From positions 128,001 to 192,000 of the forward strand of contig CP045477.1 in NCBI GenBank assembly GCA_009392915.1: a DNA stretch of 64,000 nucleotides, written 5' to 3'. Each line of letters begins with the position of its first letter. Positions within the stretch are counted from its first letter, which is position 1. The notes under the pieces are model-generated. The model ran no database searches. It was not told the origin of the DNA and was given only the letters and a program-made list of their open reading frames with translations. Both the position numbers and the translations under genes were made by a program. Shown in pieces: positions 1 through 9,538 of this stretch. The DNA is from Candidatus Forterrea multitransposorum CG_2015-17_Forterrea_25_41. Its GTDB lineage: Archaea > Iainarchaeota > Iainarchaeia > Iainarchaeales > CSSED10-239.

Positions 1-831
1 ACAAGTCAATTTATTCCTTTTGAAGCATATTTAGATTCTACTTATTCAATATATCTTGAAAAGATTAAAACAGTTCCAAGTCTTGTAGATTATTTTAATG
101 ATAATAATTATTCTTCTTTCTTTGTAGTTTCTTCAATTGAACAACCAGATATTGCAACTCCTTTTAATTGGACTGAAATTGTAACTTTAAAAGAAGATGT
201 TTATAATAGTAATAATTATTATTGTTCTTCACTTTTTACATATGAAACTTCTTGTGAAGATCTTTCTATTTTAGATGATGTGAAAAAAAAATTAATTTCT
301 GATGAAAATATATTTTTAGTTCAAGAGTTTATTTATGGTCATAGCTACAAACATATTATAGATACTAAAAAATCAAGAACTCAATATTATAATAATTATT
401 TTAATTCATTATATGATTTTTTAGAAAAAGAATCCTTGTTAAAAGATACTTTAATAATCATTACTTCAGATCATGGTTCTAGAGCTTACAATGAAATGGT
501 TTCTCCTGAAGGATATCATATTCCTTTTTTAGTAATTTCAAACAATTTAGATTATAAAGATGATGATTCTCTTTTATCTCATTTAAATTTTAAAGATATT
601 CTTTATAAATATATCTTAGGTATAGATTATATACCAAACAATAAATCTATAATGTTTACTGGTGGAACAAACAGTGATCTTTTAGGTTTTATTACAAATA
701 AAAATGATTTTGGAATAATTAATTCTTCTAAATCATTATTAATAAATTATAATAAAGAAGATTTATCTATTAAAGAGAAATCTCAAAATCATTATAGTTA
801 TTATAATTTTTTAAAAAATAATTTTAAATAA
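1..831 (+). CDS. Sulfatase / alkaline-phosphatase-superfamily protein, C-terminal part; partial, continues upstream of the window
   Basis: Frame 1 is open from nt 1 with no stop; the track ORF begins at an internal GTG at 280. The motif IIITSDHGSRAYNE (TSDHG) is typical of sulfatase/LtaS-like enzymes. Confidence 0.4.
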   Translation, partial: TSQFIPFEAYLDSTYSIYLEKIKTVPSLVDYFNDNNYSSFFVVSSIEQPDIATPFNWTEIVTLKEDVYNSNNYYCSSLFTYETSCEDLSILDDVKKKLISDENIFLVQEFIYGHSYKHIIDTKKSRTQYYNNYFNSLYDFLEKESLLKDTLIIITSDHGSRAYNEMVSPEGYHIPFLVISNNLDYKDDDSLLSHLNFKDILYKYILGIDYIPNNKSIMFTGGTNSDLLGFITNKNDFGIINSSKSLLINYNKEDLSIKEKSQNHYSYYNFLKNNFK

Positions 832-838
832 ATTTATC

Positions 839-2143
839 ATGGCCTTTAAATTATCAAAAAGAATGTTTTTTTTTATAATCTTTCTATTTATCTTTATTTT
901 TTATTATATTTCTATTAAAGGAAGTTTTGTAGTTTTTTTAATAATGTCTTTTATTTTTTTATATTTAATAGTTTTAATAATTATTTTATATGTTCTTTAT
1001 CCAAATATTGCAAAAGAGAGGGCTTTTCCTAAAAAAGCACCAACTGTTGCAGTAGTAACTTATGCTTTTAATAATTTTCAACCTGTAAAAAGAACTATTG
1101 AAGCTTTATTAAAATTAGAGTATCCTATCCCTTTTAAGGTTTATGTAATAACTGACGGAACTTGTATTTTTTTAAAAAACTTAAAAGGTGTAAAACAAAT
1201 TGTAATTGATAAAAAATATTTTAAAAAATCAAAAAATACTAAATCTATTGTGATGAATGAAGGTTTAAAATATATTAAAGATGAAAATATTTTTTGTGTT
1301 GATGGAGATACTATAGTTGATAGTAAGGCTTTAAAAAGAATGACTGGTTTTTTAGATGAAAAACAAGTAGTTGCTGTAAATGGAATTTTAGTTCCTGAAA
1401 ATAGAAGTAGTTTTTGGGAAAAAGTTCAAGTTATAGAATATAGTCTTAATTGGGGTATTTATCAAAGAATTTTATCTGCAATGGATTCTATTAATATTCC
1501 TATTGGTGCAATGTTTCTAATGAAAAAGAAAGTATTTGATCAATTAGGAGGCTATTCTACAAACAATTTTGTTGAAGATAAAGAATTAGGTTATAGAATT
1601 ATTAAAGCTGGTTATAAGATAAGATGTTGTGAAGTTGCATATGGTTTTACAGAAACTCCTAAAACATTAAATGGCTGGTATAAACAAAGGAAAAGATGGT
1701 CTAGAGGAGAGCTTGCAACTATATATGAGCATAGAGATGTTTTATTTAATTTTAAATATAGTGTATTTGGAATGTTTGTTTTACCTTTTACTTTTTTTGT
1801 TCAAACTGTAGGTGTTGCTTTTATTTTTACATATATTTTTATTTATTTAAGAAGATTTATTATTTTTATTTATTTTTTAATTTCTGAATTTTTAAAAAAC
1901 TCTATTTTATTATATCCTAATTTTAGTAGTATTGTGCTTCCATCTACAATTTATGTTATTTTCTTATCTTTAATAATTTTCTTGATATATGCTTTATTTG
2001 CATTTAAAATAACAAAATTTAACTTAAATTACAAATATATTCTTCCTTTTGCATTTTTTATATTTATATATACCTATTTATTAATTTCTGTATATTTAAT
2101 ATCTATAATACAAGAGTTTTTAGGTTTTGAAAACAAATGGTAG
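839..2143 (+). CDS. Family 2 glycosyltransferase, polytopic membrane protein
   Basis: DxD-like CVDGDT and a QRKRWSRGE (QxxRW) motif characteristic of processive GT2 enzymes; several C-terminal hydrophobic segments. Confidence 0.6.
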   Translation: MAFKLSKRMFFFIIFLFIFIFYYISIKGSFVVFLIMSFIFLYLIVLIIILYVLYPNIAKERAFPKKAPTVAVVTYAFNNFQPVKRTIEALLKLEYPIPFKVYVITDGTCIFLKNLKGVKQIVIDKKYFKKSKNTKSIVMNEGLKYIKDENIFCVDGDTIVDSKALKRMTGFLDEKQVVAVNGILVPENRSSFWEKVQVIEYSLNWGIYQRILSAMDSINIPIGAMFLMKKKVFDQLGGYSTNNFVEDKELGYRIIKAGYKIRCCEVAYGFTETPKTLNGWYKQRKRWSRGELATIYEHRDVLFNFKYSVFGMFVLPFTFFVQTVGVAFIFTYIFIYLRRFIIFIYFLISEFLKNSILLYPNFSSIVLPSTIYVIFLSLIIFLIYALFAFKITKFNLNYKYILPFAFFIFIYTYLLISVYLISIIQEFLGFENKW

Positions 2144-2153
2144 TTGAAATGAT

Positions 2154-2852
2154 ATGAATAAAAAAGATAAAAAATTTATTAAAAATAAAACTTTTAACAA
2201 TAATGTATTATTATTTGCATTCTTAATAATTGTGGTGTTATTTATTATTGTCTTTTCTGCAATTAATTTTTATGATAGTCATAAAAGAAAAGTAATTGAA
2301 GACGATTATAATATTTTACAACAACAGATTATTTTAAATGATCTTTATAAAAAATATTTAGATGAAACTAATTCTGAAAAATGTACTGTTTTAAAAAATC
2401 AATTAGATTCTTATCTTAATATTAATAGTGAACTTTACTTAAGACTTAAAAAAATAAATAGAAATGCAATTGTTGAATCAGATGATAGAACTAAACTTTT
2501 ATTTGTTTTAACAAATATTAATCTTTGGCTTCATTATAACTCTATTGAAAAAGAGTGTGGATATAATAAAGAAAGAGCAATTTTATATTTTTATCCTGAG
2601 TTTCAAGATTTTAGTGTCGAAAAAGCAGAATCTGATGCTAGAACTTTATTTTTTGCAGAAAAATTAGAAAGATTAACTAAAGAGTGTAATTTAAATTCAA
2701 TTGCTCTTCCTTATGTTGATTATATTCCTATTTTAAATCAAATAATTTCTGATTATAATATTAATTCATCTCCATCAGTATATATTAATGGAAAAGTATA
2801 TTATGATGTAAATTTAGATGAATCTTTCTTAAAAGAGATTGGATGTAGATAA
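2154..2852 (+). CDS. Hypothetical membrane-anchored protein
   Basis: Single N-terminal TM helix (LLFAFLIIVVLFIIVFSAINF) followed by a soluble domain; no motif I recognise. Confidence 0.3.
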   Translation: MNKKDKKFIKNKTFNNNVLLFAFLIIVVLFIIVFSAINFYDSHKRKVIEDDYNILQQQIILNDLYKKYLDETNSEKCTVLKNQLDSYLNINSELYLRLKKINRNAIVESDDRTKLLFVLTNINLWLHYNSIEKECGYNKERAILYFYPEFQDFSVEKAESDARTLFFAEKLERLTKECNLNSIALPYVDYIPILNQIISDYNINSSPSVYINGKVYYDVNLDESFLKEIGCR

Positions 2853-2864
2853 AAGGGATAACTT

Positions 2865-3605
2865 TTGGCTTTACAGCAAACACATGTTATTTTTTTAAAA
2901 GAAATTATAGAGCTACATCCTAATCTTTTAAAAAACTATAATAAAAAATCGCTTTATTATGGAGCTGTTTATCCAGATATTTTTTATATTAGGCTACTTA
3001 AAACTAGACCTAATTTTTCACTTTATCTTCATGAAAATAAAAATATTATAAAAATAGGTGAAGAACTTTATAATAATTCATCTAATATTTCTGAAAGATC
3101 TTTTTCAATTGGTTTTTTATCTCATTTTTTTCTAGATAAAAGAATACATGGTTATTTAGAGAAAATTGGATTTATAGATGGCCCTGAACATTTATCTCTT
3201 GAGTTTTATTTATATATGTTTTTAGATAAAAAAACAAAAGTTAGTGTTTCTAAAAATCCAAACAAATTATTAAAAAAAATATTTAAATTTTATTTTAATA
3301 AACAAAATTATTTTTTTATTCCAAACATATTAATTAAAAGATTATTTTTGTTTGTTTGTAATTATATAATTAAAGAGACTATTGATATTAAGTATAAAAA
3401 AATAAAAAAAGGTAATTTTTTTAAAAATAATTTACTTAAAATCTCTTATTATTTTGCTTTTAATTCTTATGGTTACAGTGTATCTAAATTATTTAATCCA
3501 GATTTTAAATTTTTAGAAAAACATTTGCCTTTTCTTTTAAAAGAATATAATCTGGCAAAAAAAGATTTTATTGATTTTTTAAATAATGGTAATTTTTATG
3601 GTTAA
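2865..3605 (+). CDS. Zinc-dependent phospholipase C-like family protein (tentative)
   Basis: N-terminus THVIFLKEI...GAVYPDIFYI resembles the conserved start of Zn-dependent PLC-like proteins (H...G..PD). Confidence 0.3.
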   Translation: MALQQTHVIFLKEIIELHPNLLKNYNKKSLYYGAVYPDIFYIRLLKTRPNFSLYLHENKNIIKIGEELYNNSSNISERSFSIGFLSHFFLDKRIHGYLEKIGFIDGPEHLSLEFYLYMFLDKKTKVSVSKNPNKLLKKIFKFYFNKQNYFFIPNILIKRLFLFVCNYIIKETIDIKYKKIKKGNFFKNNLLKISYYFAFNSYGYSVSKLFNPDFKFLEKHLPFLLKEYNLAKKDFIDFLNNGNFYG

Positions 3606-4077
3606 AATATTATTTGTTTGTAGTGGGAATGTTTTTAGAAGTATGTGTGCTAAATATTGTTTAGAATATTTTTTAGCTAAAAATAATATTAAAAATATTT
3701 CTGTAGATTCTGCAGGTATTTCTGTAACTTCTAAAAAACCACAAAATATTGCTTTAGAAGTTAAAGAGTTACTTTTTAAAAAAGGAATAGATGTTTCAAA
3801 GCATTTATCTAAGAATGTTTCAAAAGTTGATTTAAAATCTTTTGATTTAGTAATCTCTATGGGTTATAATCATAAAAAATATTTAAAAGAAAAATATGGT
3901 ATTTCTTCTGTTTTATTTAATAAAGTGTGTTACGGTGTTAATTATCCTGTTTATGATAATAATGAAATTTTAAAAGAATATAAAGGTTTTAGAGGTAAGA
4001 TTTATAATATAGAAGTTGTTAAAAAAATTTATTCAGATATTAAATTTTTTCACAAAAATTATAAAAAATTCATTTAA
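3586..4077 (+). CDS. Low-molecular-weight protein tyrosine phosphatase / arsenate-reductase-like
   Basis: ILFVCSGNVFRS is the CX5R P-loop of LMW-PTPs; size is about 160 aa. Confidence 0.6.
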   Translation: MVIFMVKILFVCSGNVFRSMCAKYCLEYFLAKNNIKNISVDSAGISVTSKKPQNIALEVKELLFKKGIDVSKHLSKNVSKVDLKSFDLVISMGYNHKKYLKEKYGISSVLFNKVCYGVNYPVYDNNEILKEYKGFRGKIYNIEVVKKIYSDIKFFHKNYKKFI

Positions 4078-4705
4078 TTTTTTTTAAACAAATTTTGTTT
4101 ATTGGGCATTTTTCACAATTAGGATTTCTTGGAAAACAAATGTTTTGTCCTAAGATAACAAATAAATAGTTTGTATCTATCCAAAATTTTTTAGGAAGTT
4201 TATTTCTTAAAACCATTTCTGTTTCTAAAGGGTTTTTTGTTTCAATATAGCCTATTCTATTAAATATTCTGTGTACATGTGTATCTACACAAATAGCTGG
4301 TATTTTATATGATACTGCAATTACTAGATTTGCAGTTTTTCTTCCTACACCTGGAAGAGTAATTAATTCTTCTATGGTTCTTGGTACTTTATTATTAAAA
4401 TCTTCTTTTAATTTTTTTGCAAGTAACTTTAAGTTTTTAGCTTTAGTTTTATAAAATCCAACAGGATATAATAATTGTTCTAATTTTTCAATTTTAATTT
4501 TTATTAAGTCATCTGTATTCTTTATTTCTTTAAATAAATTATCACAAACTTTTGCAGTAATTTGATCTTTTGTTCTTGCTGAAAGCATTGTTCCAATTAA
4601 TACATAAAAAGAATTTTTACTTTTAATATCTATTTGTTCTGCAAGAGGAATTGTGTACTCTTTTAACTCTTTTTCAAGAATTTTATATATTTTTTCAATA
4701 TCCAT
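4070..4705 (-). CDS. nth: Endonuclease III (DNA glycosylase/AP lyase)
   Basis: HhH-GPD motifs LIGTMLSARTKDQ and LPGVGRKTANLV; C-terminal 4Fe-4S cluster C-x6-C-x2-C-x5-C. Confidence 0.8.
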   Translation of the reverse strand: MDIEKIYKILEKELKEYTIPLAEQIDIKSKNSFYVLIGTMLSARTKDQITAKVCDNLFKEIKNTDDLIKIKIEKLEQLLYPVGFYKTKAKNLKLLAKKLKEDFNNKVPRTIEELITLPGVGRKTANLVIAVSYKIPAICVDTHVHRIFNRIGYIETKNPLETEMVLRNKLPKKFWIDTNYLFVILGQNICFPRNPNCEKCPINKICLKKIK

Positions 4706-4791
4706 ATTAATTATTTTTGTTAAGAAAACATTTAAAAAGACATCTATAATATATATTAATATTTTAAATATATTTTAAAGAGATTATTAAT

Positions 4792-6186
4792 ATGAACAAA
4801 AATTTAACAAAATTATTTTTCTGGATATTTGGTATAATATTCAGTGGAATTTTTTATTTTTTCTCAAAAACATCTACTTCTTTATCATATATTAATGAAA
4901 TTAAGTTTCTTCCATACGTAATAATGTTAATAATTATTTTGTTATTTTTCTTAATTGGTATTTTATTTTCGAAAATACCTTTTTTTTGGTATTCAAAATT
5001 TAGAAAATCCAATCTTAATGAAGTTTTATCTGAAGTTGATGTAAAAAAAACTGAAGAAAATATTGATCAATTAATTGATAAATTAAAAGATGCTATAAAA
5101 AATATTAGTAAAAGTAATTATTCTCAAATATCTATAAATTATTTAATAAAGAATGTAGGTATTTCAAAAGAAAGTGCAGATGGAATTATTAAAAATATAA
5201 AGAGATTAAAAAGATTAAAAACTTTATCAATAGCTTTAGGAATTATAATTTCTTTAGGTTTATATTTTTTTGTAAGTAGTTTACCAGTATTTAATATTAT
5301 TCCAAATTATGTGTTTATAATATCTGCAGTAATTATTTTTCTTTTATTTGTTTTAGAAGGTTATTTAATTACAAGAATGCCTGATTCATTTTATTTAAAT
5401 TTAATTAATATAAATAAAGAAAAAATATTAGAAGTTAAAAGAGAATCTTTAGAAAAAGAAGAAAAGTTAAATAATTATAATCAAAAACAAAAAGGTTTGT
5501 TAGATAATATTCAAAAAGCAACTAAATTTCTTTTATCTCAAGATGTAAGTAAAGAAGCAATTTCTAATTTCTTTAGTAAATATGATGTTGATCAGTCTAC
5601 AATTTCAAAATTTATTGAACTTTCAGAAAAAGAATTAAATATTGAAAAGAATAATTCTGGAAAAGTTTTATTTAATGCAAAATCAGATTCTGCAATAAGA
5701 TTAACTCTTTCTAAAATACACGATAGTTTTGAACAAATTAATCAAATATATAATGAAGTTTCAAAACTTCAAAAAGAAGTAAGTGATATTTCTCAAAGAC
5801 AAGAAAAACTTGAAAAAATGTCAACTATTAGTGTTTCAAAAGAAGTTAAAAAACTTAAAAAAGAACCAATAATGTCAAACAAGTATAAGGATTTAAAAAA
5901 AGCAGATCCTAAAGAAATTAAAGAATTGTTAGATAAAAGAAATGAAGAATATGATAAACTTATAAGTTATTTATATCACTTGTTCTTACCATCTGTTGAA
6001 ACTTCTTCTCAAAATGATGTTTTTTCTACATTAGTTTATTATGGTTATCCTTATGAGATTGTAGAAGATGTTTTACAAAAGTTTAAAGATAAAAAAATTA
6101 ATTTCGGGAAAGATAAAAAAGTATCTTTCTCTGAAAAATTAGTAAATAAAATTAATGGTTTTTATGAATTATTTGCCTCTAAATAA
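4792..6186 (+). CDS. Membrane-anchored coiled-coil protein, paralog of 17583-18956
   Basis: Two hydrophobic segments then a long K/E-rich predicted coiled coil. Shares its N-terminus (LFFWI...), the motif PDSFYLNLININKEKI and the C-terminal KINGFYELF with the second copy. Confidence 0.4.
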   Translation: MNKNLTKLFFWIFGIIFSGIFYFFSKTSTSLSYINEIKFLPYVIMLIIILLFFLIGILFSKIPFFWYSKFRKSNLNEVLSEVDVKKTEENIDQLIDKLKDAIKNISKSNYSQISINYLIKNVGISKESADGIIKNIKRLKRLKTLSIALGIIISLGLYFFVSSLPVFNIIPNYVFIISAVIIFLLFVLEGYLITRMPDSFYLNLININKEKILEVKRESLEKEEKLNNYNQKQKGLLDNIQKATKFLLSQDVSKEAISNFFSKYDVDQSTISKFIELSEKELNIEKNNSGKVLFNAKSDSAIRLTLSKIHDSFEQINQIYNEVSKLQKEVSDISQRQEKLEKMSTISVSKEVKKLKKEPIMSNKYKDLKKADPKEIKELLDKRNEEYDKLISYLYHLFLPSVETSSQNDVFSTLVYYGYPYEIVEDVLQKFKDKKINFGKDKKVSFSEKLVNKINGFYELFASK

Positions 6187-6189
6187 AAA

Positions 6190-7479
6190 CTATATTAATT
6201 TTACTTTTTGTATTTTTGAAAAACTATAAAGTGAGCTTCCAAAGAACTTTTGTTCTTTTGAAAATTCTATTTCTTTAAATAGTTCTTTTAAATTACCTGT
6301 TAAATTTAAGTTTGTAATAGTTTCCTTAAAATTACCATCTTTAATAACCTTTCCAGAAGATATTGTTAATGAAAAGTCACCAGTTGTTATTTTGTTTGTG
6401 TGAAACCCTAAAATCTCATAAACTAAGATTCCTTTTTTAGTTTTTGATATCATATCTTCTATTTTTTTAGTACCTGCTTCTTGTATTAAGTTTGTATATT
6501 CTGGATTAAATCCATTTTCAAGGAATGCATTTCCAGTTGGTTTTTTATTATATTTTATACTTTCATAAAGATTATAGATTGGTTTTCTAAAAATACCTTT
6601 ATTAATTATATTTTTCTTAGAAGTCTTAAATCCTTCATCATCTATTCTTGAAGAATTTAAAAAATAATCAATAGTTGGATCTTCTTTTAGATTTATGTTT
6701 TCAGAAAATATTTTTTTTCCTAAAGAATCGTGTAAAAAACTATTTTTCTTTTCAATAGCTTCTCCTTTTGTTCCTGAAAGAATAAATTCAAAAAATTCTC
6801 TTGTAATTTCTGGAGTAAATATTAAAGTGTATTCTCCTTTTTCACCATTTACAGGATCCATTAAAGTATATGCATTATGTTTTGCTTGCATAAATGTTTG
6901 ATTAATGTCAATATCTTCTTTTTTTGTAAATATTGAAGAAAAATCACCAGATGATTTTTTTTTATTTTTTGTAATTACTAGAGATGATAGTGAAATAAAA
7001 TCAATTTTATTTTCTTTACTAAGATAAGGATTTATAAAAAAACTTTCTATATGGTTTTTTGAAACACCTCCAAGATATCCTTGAATATATTTATCTTTAG
7101 TTAAGTTTTCTTTAATTTTTTCTAAAGTTTTTGAAAAATCTATTTTTTCTATTTCTGAATCATATTTTATTTTCTTATTATTAATATCTTTTCCAAAATT
7201 TTCAAACTTAACTTCTGATTTTTTATTTCTGGCAATATCTTTTGCTTTCTTAACACCTTTTTCAATTTTTTCTTTTGTAATTCCTTGTATGCTGTAGGAA
7301 CCTATTTTTCCTTTATCTATAACTCTTATAAATAATCTATCTATGTTATTCATTCTATAATTTTCAATTGAGAAATTTCTAAATTCTCCTTTTTCACTTT
7401 CATTTTTTATATATTTAAAAGTAACTTCTTCTTTTTTACTTATTTTTTCACAATAATTAAATATTTCTTCTTTATTCAT
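6190..7479 (-). CDS. pmbA: PmbA/TldE-family metallopeptidase partner (peptidase U62)
   Basis: Length and domain order match the PmbA/TldD family; overlaps the tldD-like gene upstream by 8 nt, the typical pair arrangement. Confidence 0.55.
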   Translation of the reverse strand: MNKEEIFNYCEKISKKEEVTFKYIKNESEKGEFRNFSIENYRMNNIDRLFIRVIDKGKIGSYSIQGITKEKIEKGVKKAKDIARNKKSEVKFENFGKDINNKKIKYDSEIEKIDFSKTLEKIKENLTKDKYIQGYLGGVSKNHIESFFINPYLSKENKIDFISLSSLVITKNKKKSSGDFSSIFTKKEDIDINQTFMQAKHNAYTLMDPVNGEKGEYTLIFTPEITREFFEFILSGTKGEAIEKKNSFLHDSLGKKIFSENINLKEDPTIDYFLNSSRIDDEGFKTSKKNIINKGIFRKPIYNLYESIKYNKKPTGNAFLENGFNPEYTNLIQEAGTKKIEDMISKTKKGILVYEILGFHTNKITTGDFSLTISSGKVIKDGNFKETITNLNLTGNLKELFKEIEFSKEQKFFGSSLYSFSKIQKVKLI

Positions 7480-8860
7480 GTTTTGTACCCCCTACAATAA
7501 CATTTTCTATTTTAATTAAGGGGCTACTTCCACTTACAAAAGCTGTTTGCCCATTTTTTCCACAATACCCAAATTCAAAATTTCCAACCTTGTTTGAAAT
7601 TTCTGTTATTTTATTTAAATATTTTAAAATATCTCCAGATATTGATGCTTGTTTATATTTATTTATAATTTCTCCATGTTTATATTCATAAGCTTGTCTA
7701 ATTCCAAACATAAATGTTCCAATATTTGTATCTACTTCTCCACCTGAAAATCCTTTAAGTAAAAATCCAGTGTAATCTGATAACATATCTTTTACTTTAG
7801 TTGTTCCTTCTTTAAAATATGTGTTGCTCATTCTAACTATAGGAAGATAATTATAGTTTTCACTTCTTGCAGAACCATTTGAAACTTCATTTAATTTTGT
7901 TGCAGTTGTAATATCTGTCATAAACTCATTTACAACTCCATTTTTAATAAGATCTACTTTTTTTGATTTAATTCCTTCATCATCATATTTAAAATATCCA
8001 AAATCTTTTTTCTCTGGATTATCTATAATATTTACTTCTTTGTTATTTGAAACTTTTAATCCTTTTTTAAGAACTGTTGTTTTATCTATTAAAAAATCTC
8101 CTTCACAAGCATGACCTATTGCTTCATGTGCTAAAAGTTCACCAACATCTGGACTTAAAATAATATCTGTTGTAATTGCAGGACATGGTTTTGATTCTAA
8201 TAATTCTTGAAGTGTTCTTCTATTTTCAAGAACCGTTTTCATTTTATCTTCTTTGTTAAATATTTCAAGACCACCTAGATTTCCAAGTCTATCTACATTA
8301 GTTTCTATTTGGTTATTTCTTTTTCCTGTTATTTTTGAATAAAACACAGTATATGGTCTTTTTTGATGTATTTCTGAATCGTTTGTTAAAAAGTATTTTT
8401 CAATTTCTGTTTCTTTATAAATTATTTCTGAATTTAGTATGTTTATATCTCTATTACTTGTTTTTAATATTTCTTTATTAATTTCATTAAATTCTTTTAT
8501 TTTTTGAGAATTTGAAATACTTTCAAAATCTTTATATTTTAAAATATCTTTTCCTTTATTTGTGGAATAATTCTTAAATTCTGTTTTTTTATTTATTTTT
8601 TTTGTATTTTCAATAACTCTATCTATTTTTTCTTTATATTTTGAAAATTCATTTAATGCTAAGAAACCTACTTTTTTATCTACAATTATTCTAATTCCAA
8701 TTCCTTCAGTTTCTTTTTCAATAAGTTCTTTTGTAGAAGTATTTTCAACATCTATTATTCTATTTTTATGTTTTTCAAACCTTACTTCAAAATAATCAAG
8801 GTTTTTTGTATTTAGATATTTTTTAATATCATAAAGCATAGGTATTATTTTTTTATCCAT
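7472..8860 (-). CDS. tldD: TldD-family metallopeptidase
   Basis: HEAIGHACEGD is an HExxxH-like zinc site typical of TldD; C-terminal GxC-rich TldD tail (FEFGYCGKNGQ). Confidence 0.65.
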   Translation of the reverse strand: MDKKIIPMLYDIKKYLNTKNLDYFEVRFEKHKNRIIDVENTSTKELIEKETEGIGIRIIVDKKVGFLALNEFSKYKEKIDRVIENTKKINKKTEFKNYSTNKGKDILKYKDFESISNSQKIKEFNEINKEILKTSNRDINILNSEIIYKETEIEKYFLTNDSEIHQKRPYTVFYSKITGKRNNQIETNVDRLGNLGGLEIFNKEDKMKTVLENRRTLQELLESKPCPAITTDIILSPDVGELLAHEAIGHACEGDFLIDKTTVLKKGLKVSNNKEVNIIDNPEKKDFGYFKYDDEGIKSKKVDLIKNGVVNEFMTDITTATKLNEVSNGSARSENYNYLPIVRMSNTYFKEGTTKVKDMLSDYTGFLLKGFSGGEVDTNIGTFMFGIRQAYEYKHGEIINKYKQASISGDILKYLNKITEISNKVGNFEFGYCGKNGQTAFVSGSSPLIKIENVIVGGTKHE

Positions 8861-8934
8861 GTAATATTAGTGTATAGTTACTTTTTTAAAACAATATTTA
8901 GTATAATTATTTATATACAGTAATTTAAATTATA

Positions 8935-9489
8935 GTGTTATATGATACAAACATGAAACAAACAAAGCTATCTGACTTTAAGCTTAAAAAACCTAGTTTT
9001 TTTAATAGTTTAATAGTTTATAAGAAAACTTCTTTTATCTATAAAATCTATTATTGGTTAATGGACTTTAAGTTGTTCTATAAAAATAAAAAAACTCTTA
9101 AATATCTAGTCATAGGTCTTTCAGGAGAAATTATTGATTTTTCATTTTTACTTTTATTTACAGAAGTTTTTAATATTTTTTATCTATTATCAGCTGTTAT
9201 TGCATATTTTTTTGCTATAATAAATAATTTCTTTTTAAATGTGATATTTACTTTTAAATATAAACCTTTAAATAAATCTGAATTAATTGGTGCTTTATTT
9301 AATTATTTTCTAGTCTCTTTATTTGGTTTTATATTAAGTGTTTTATTGATATTTGTTTTTGTTGAAGTCTTAAATATTTATTATTTAATTGGTAAAGTCT
9401 TTTCTTCAATAATTGTTTTTATTATGATATATACTGGTCATAATTTTGTGTTTTCAAGAAAAAAATTATCAATTTGTAAATTCAATTAA
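8935..9489 (+). CDS. GtrA-family membrane protein (polysaccharide synthesis/translocation accessory)
   Basis: Four TM segments with a GtrA-like pattern (YLVIGLSGEIIDFSFLLLF...AYFFAIINNFFLN). Confidence 0.5.
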   Translation: MLYDTNMKQTKLSDFKLKKPSFFNSLIVYKKTSFIYKIYYWLMDFKLFYKNKKTLKYLVIGLSGEIIDFSFLLLFTEVFNIFYLLSAVIAYFFAIINNFFLNVIFTFKYKPLNKSELIGALFNYFLVSLFGFILSVLLIFVFVEVLNIYYLIGKVFSSIIVFIMIYTGHNFVFSRKKLSICKFN

Positions 9490-9538
9490 AAAGAACAATT
9501 ATATTTGTTTTGTTATAATATAATATATGTGATATATA

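Noticed and set aside
6695-6901. Nested or antisense small ORFs inside strong genes (for example 6695-6901, 15924-16130, 22960-23400, 24182-24869, 27515-27700, 32475-32660, 36033-36281, 39704-39931, 40546-40767, 45162-45377, 45717-46164, 47503-47694, 49771-49980, 50440-50643, 51453-51638, 52226-52438, 54446-54656, 55802-56008, 63703-63891)
   Set aside because: All lie wholly inside longer ORFs that have clear family signatures, and several are simply repeat-derived K/L-rich frames. I treat them as spurious.
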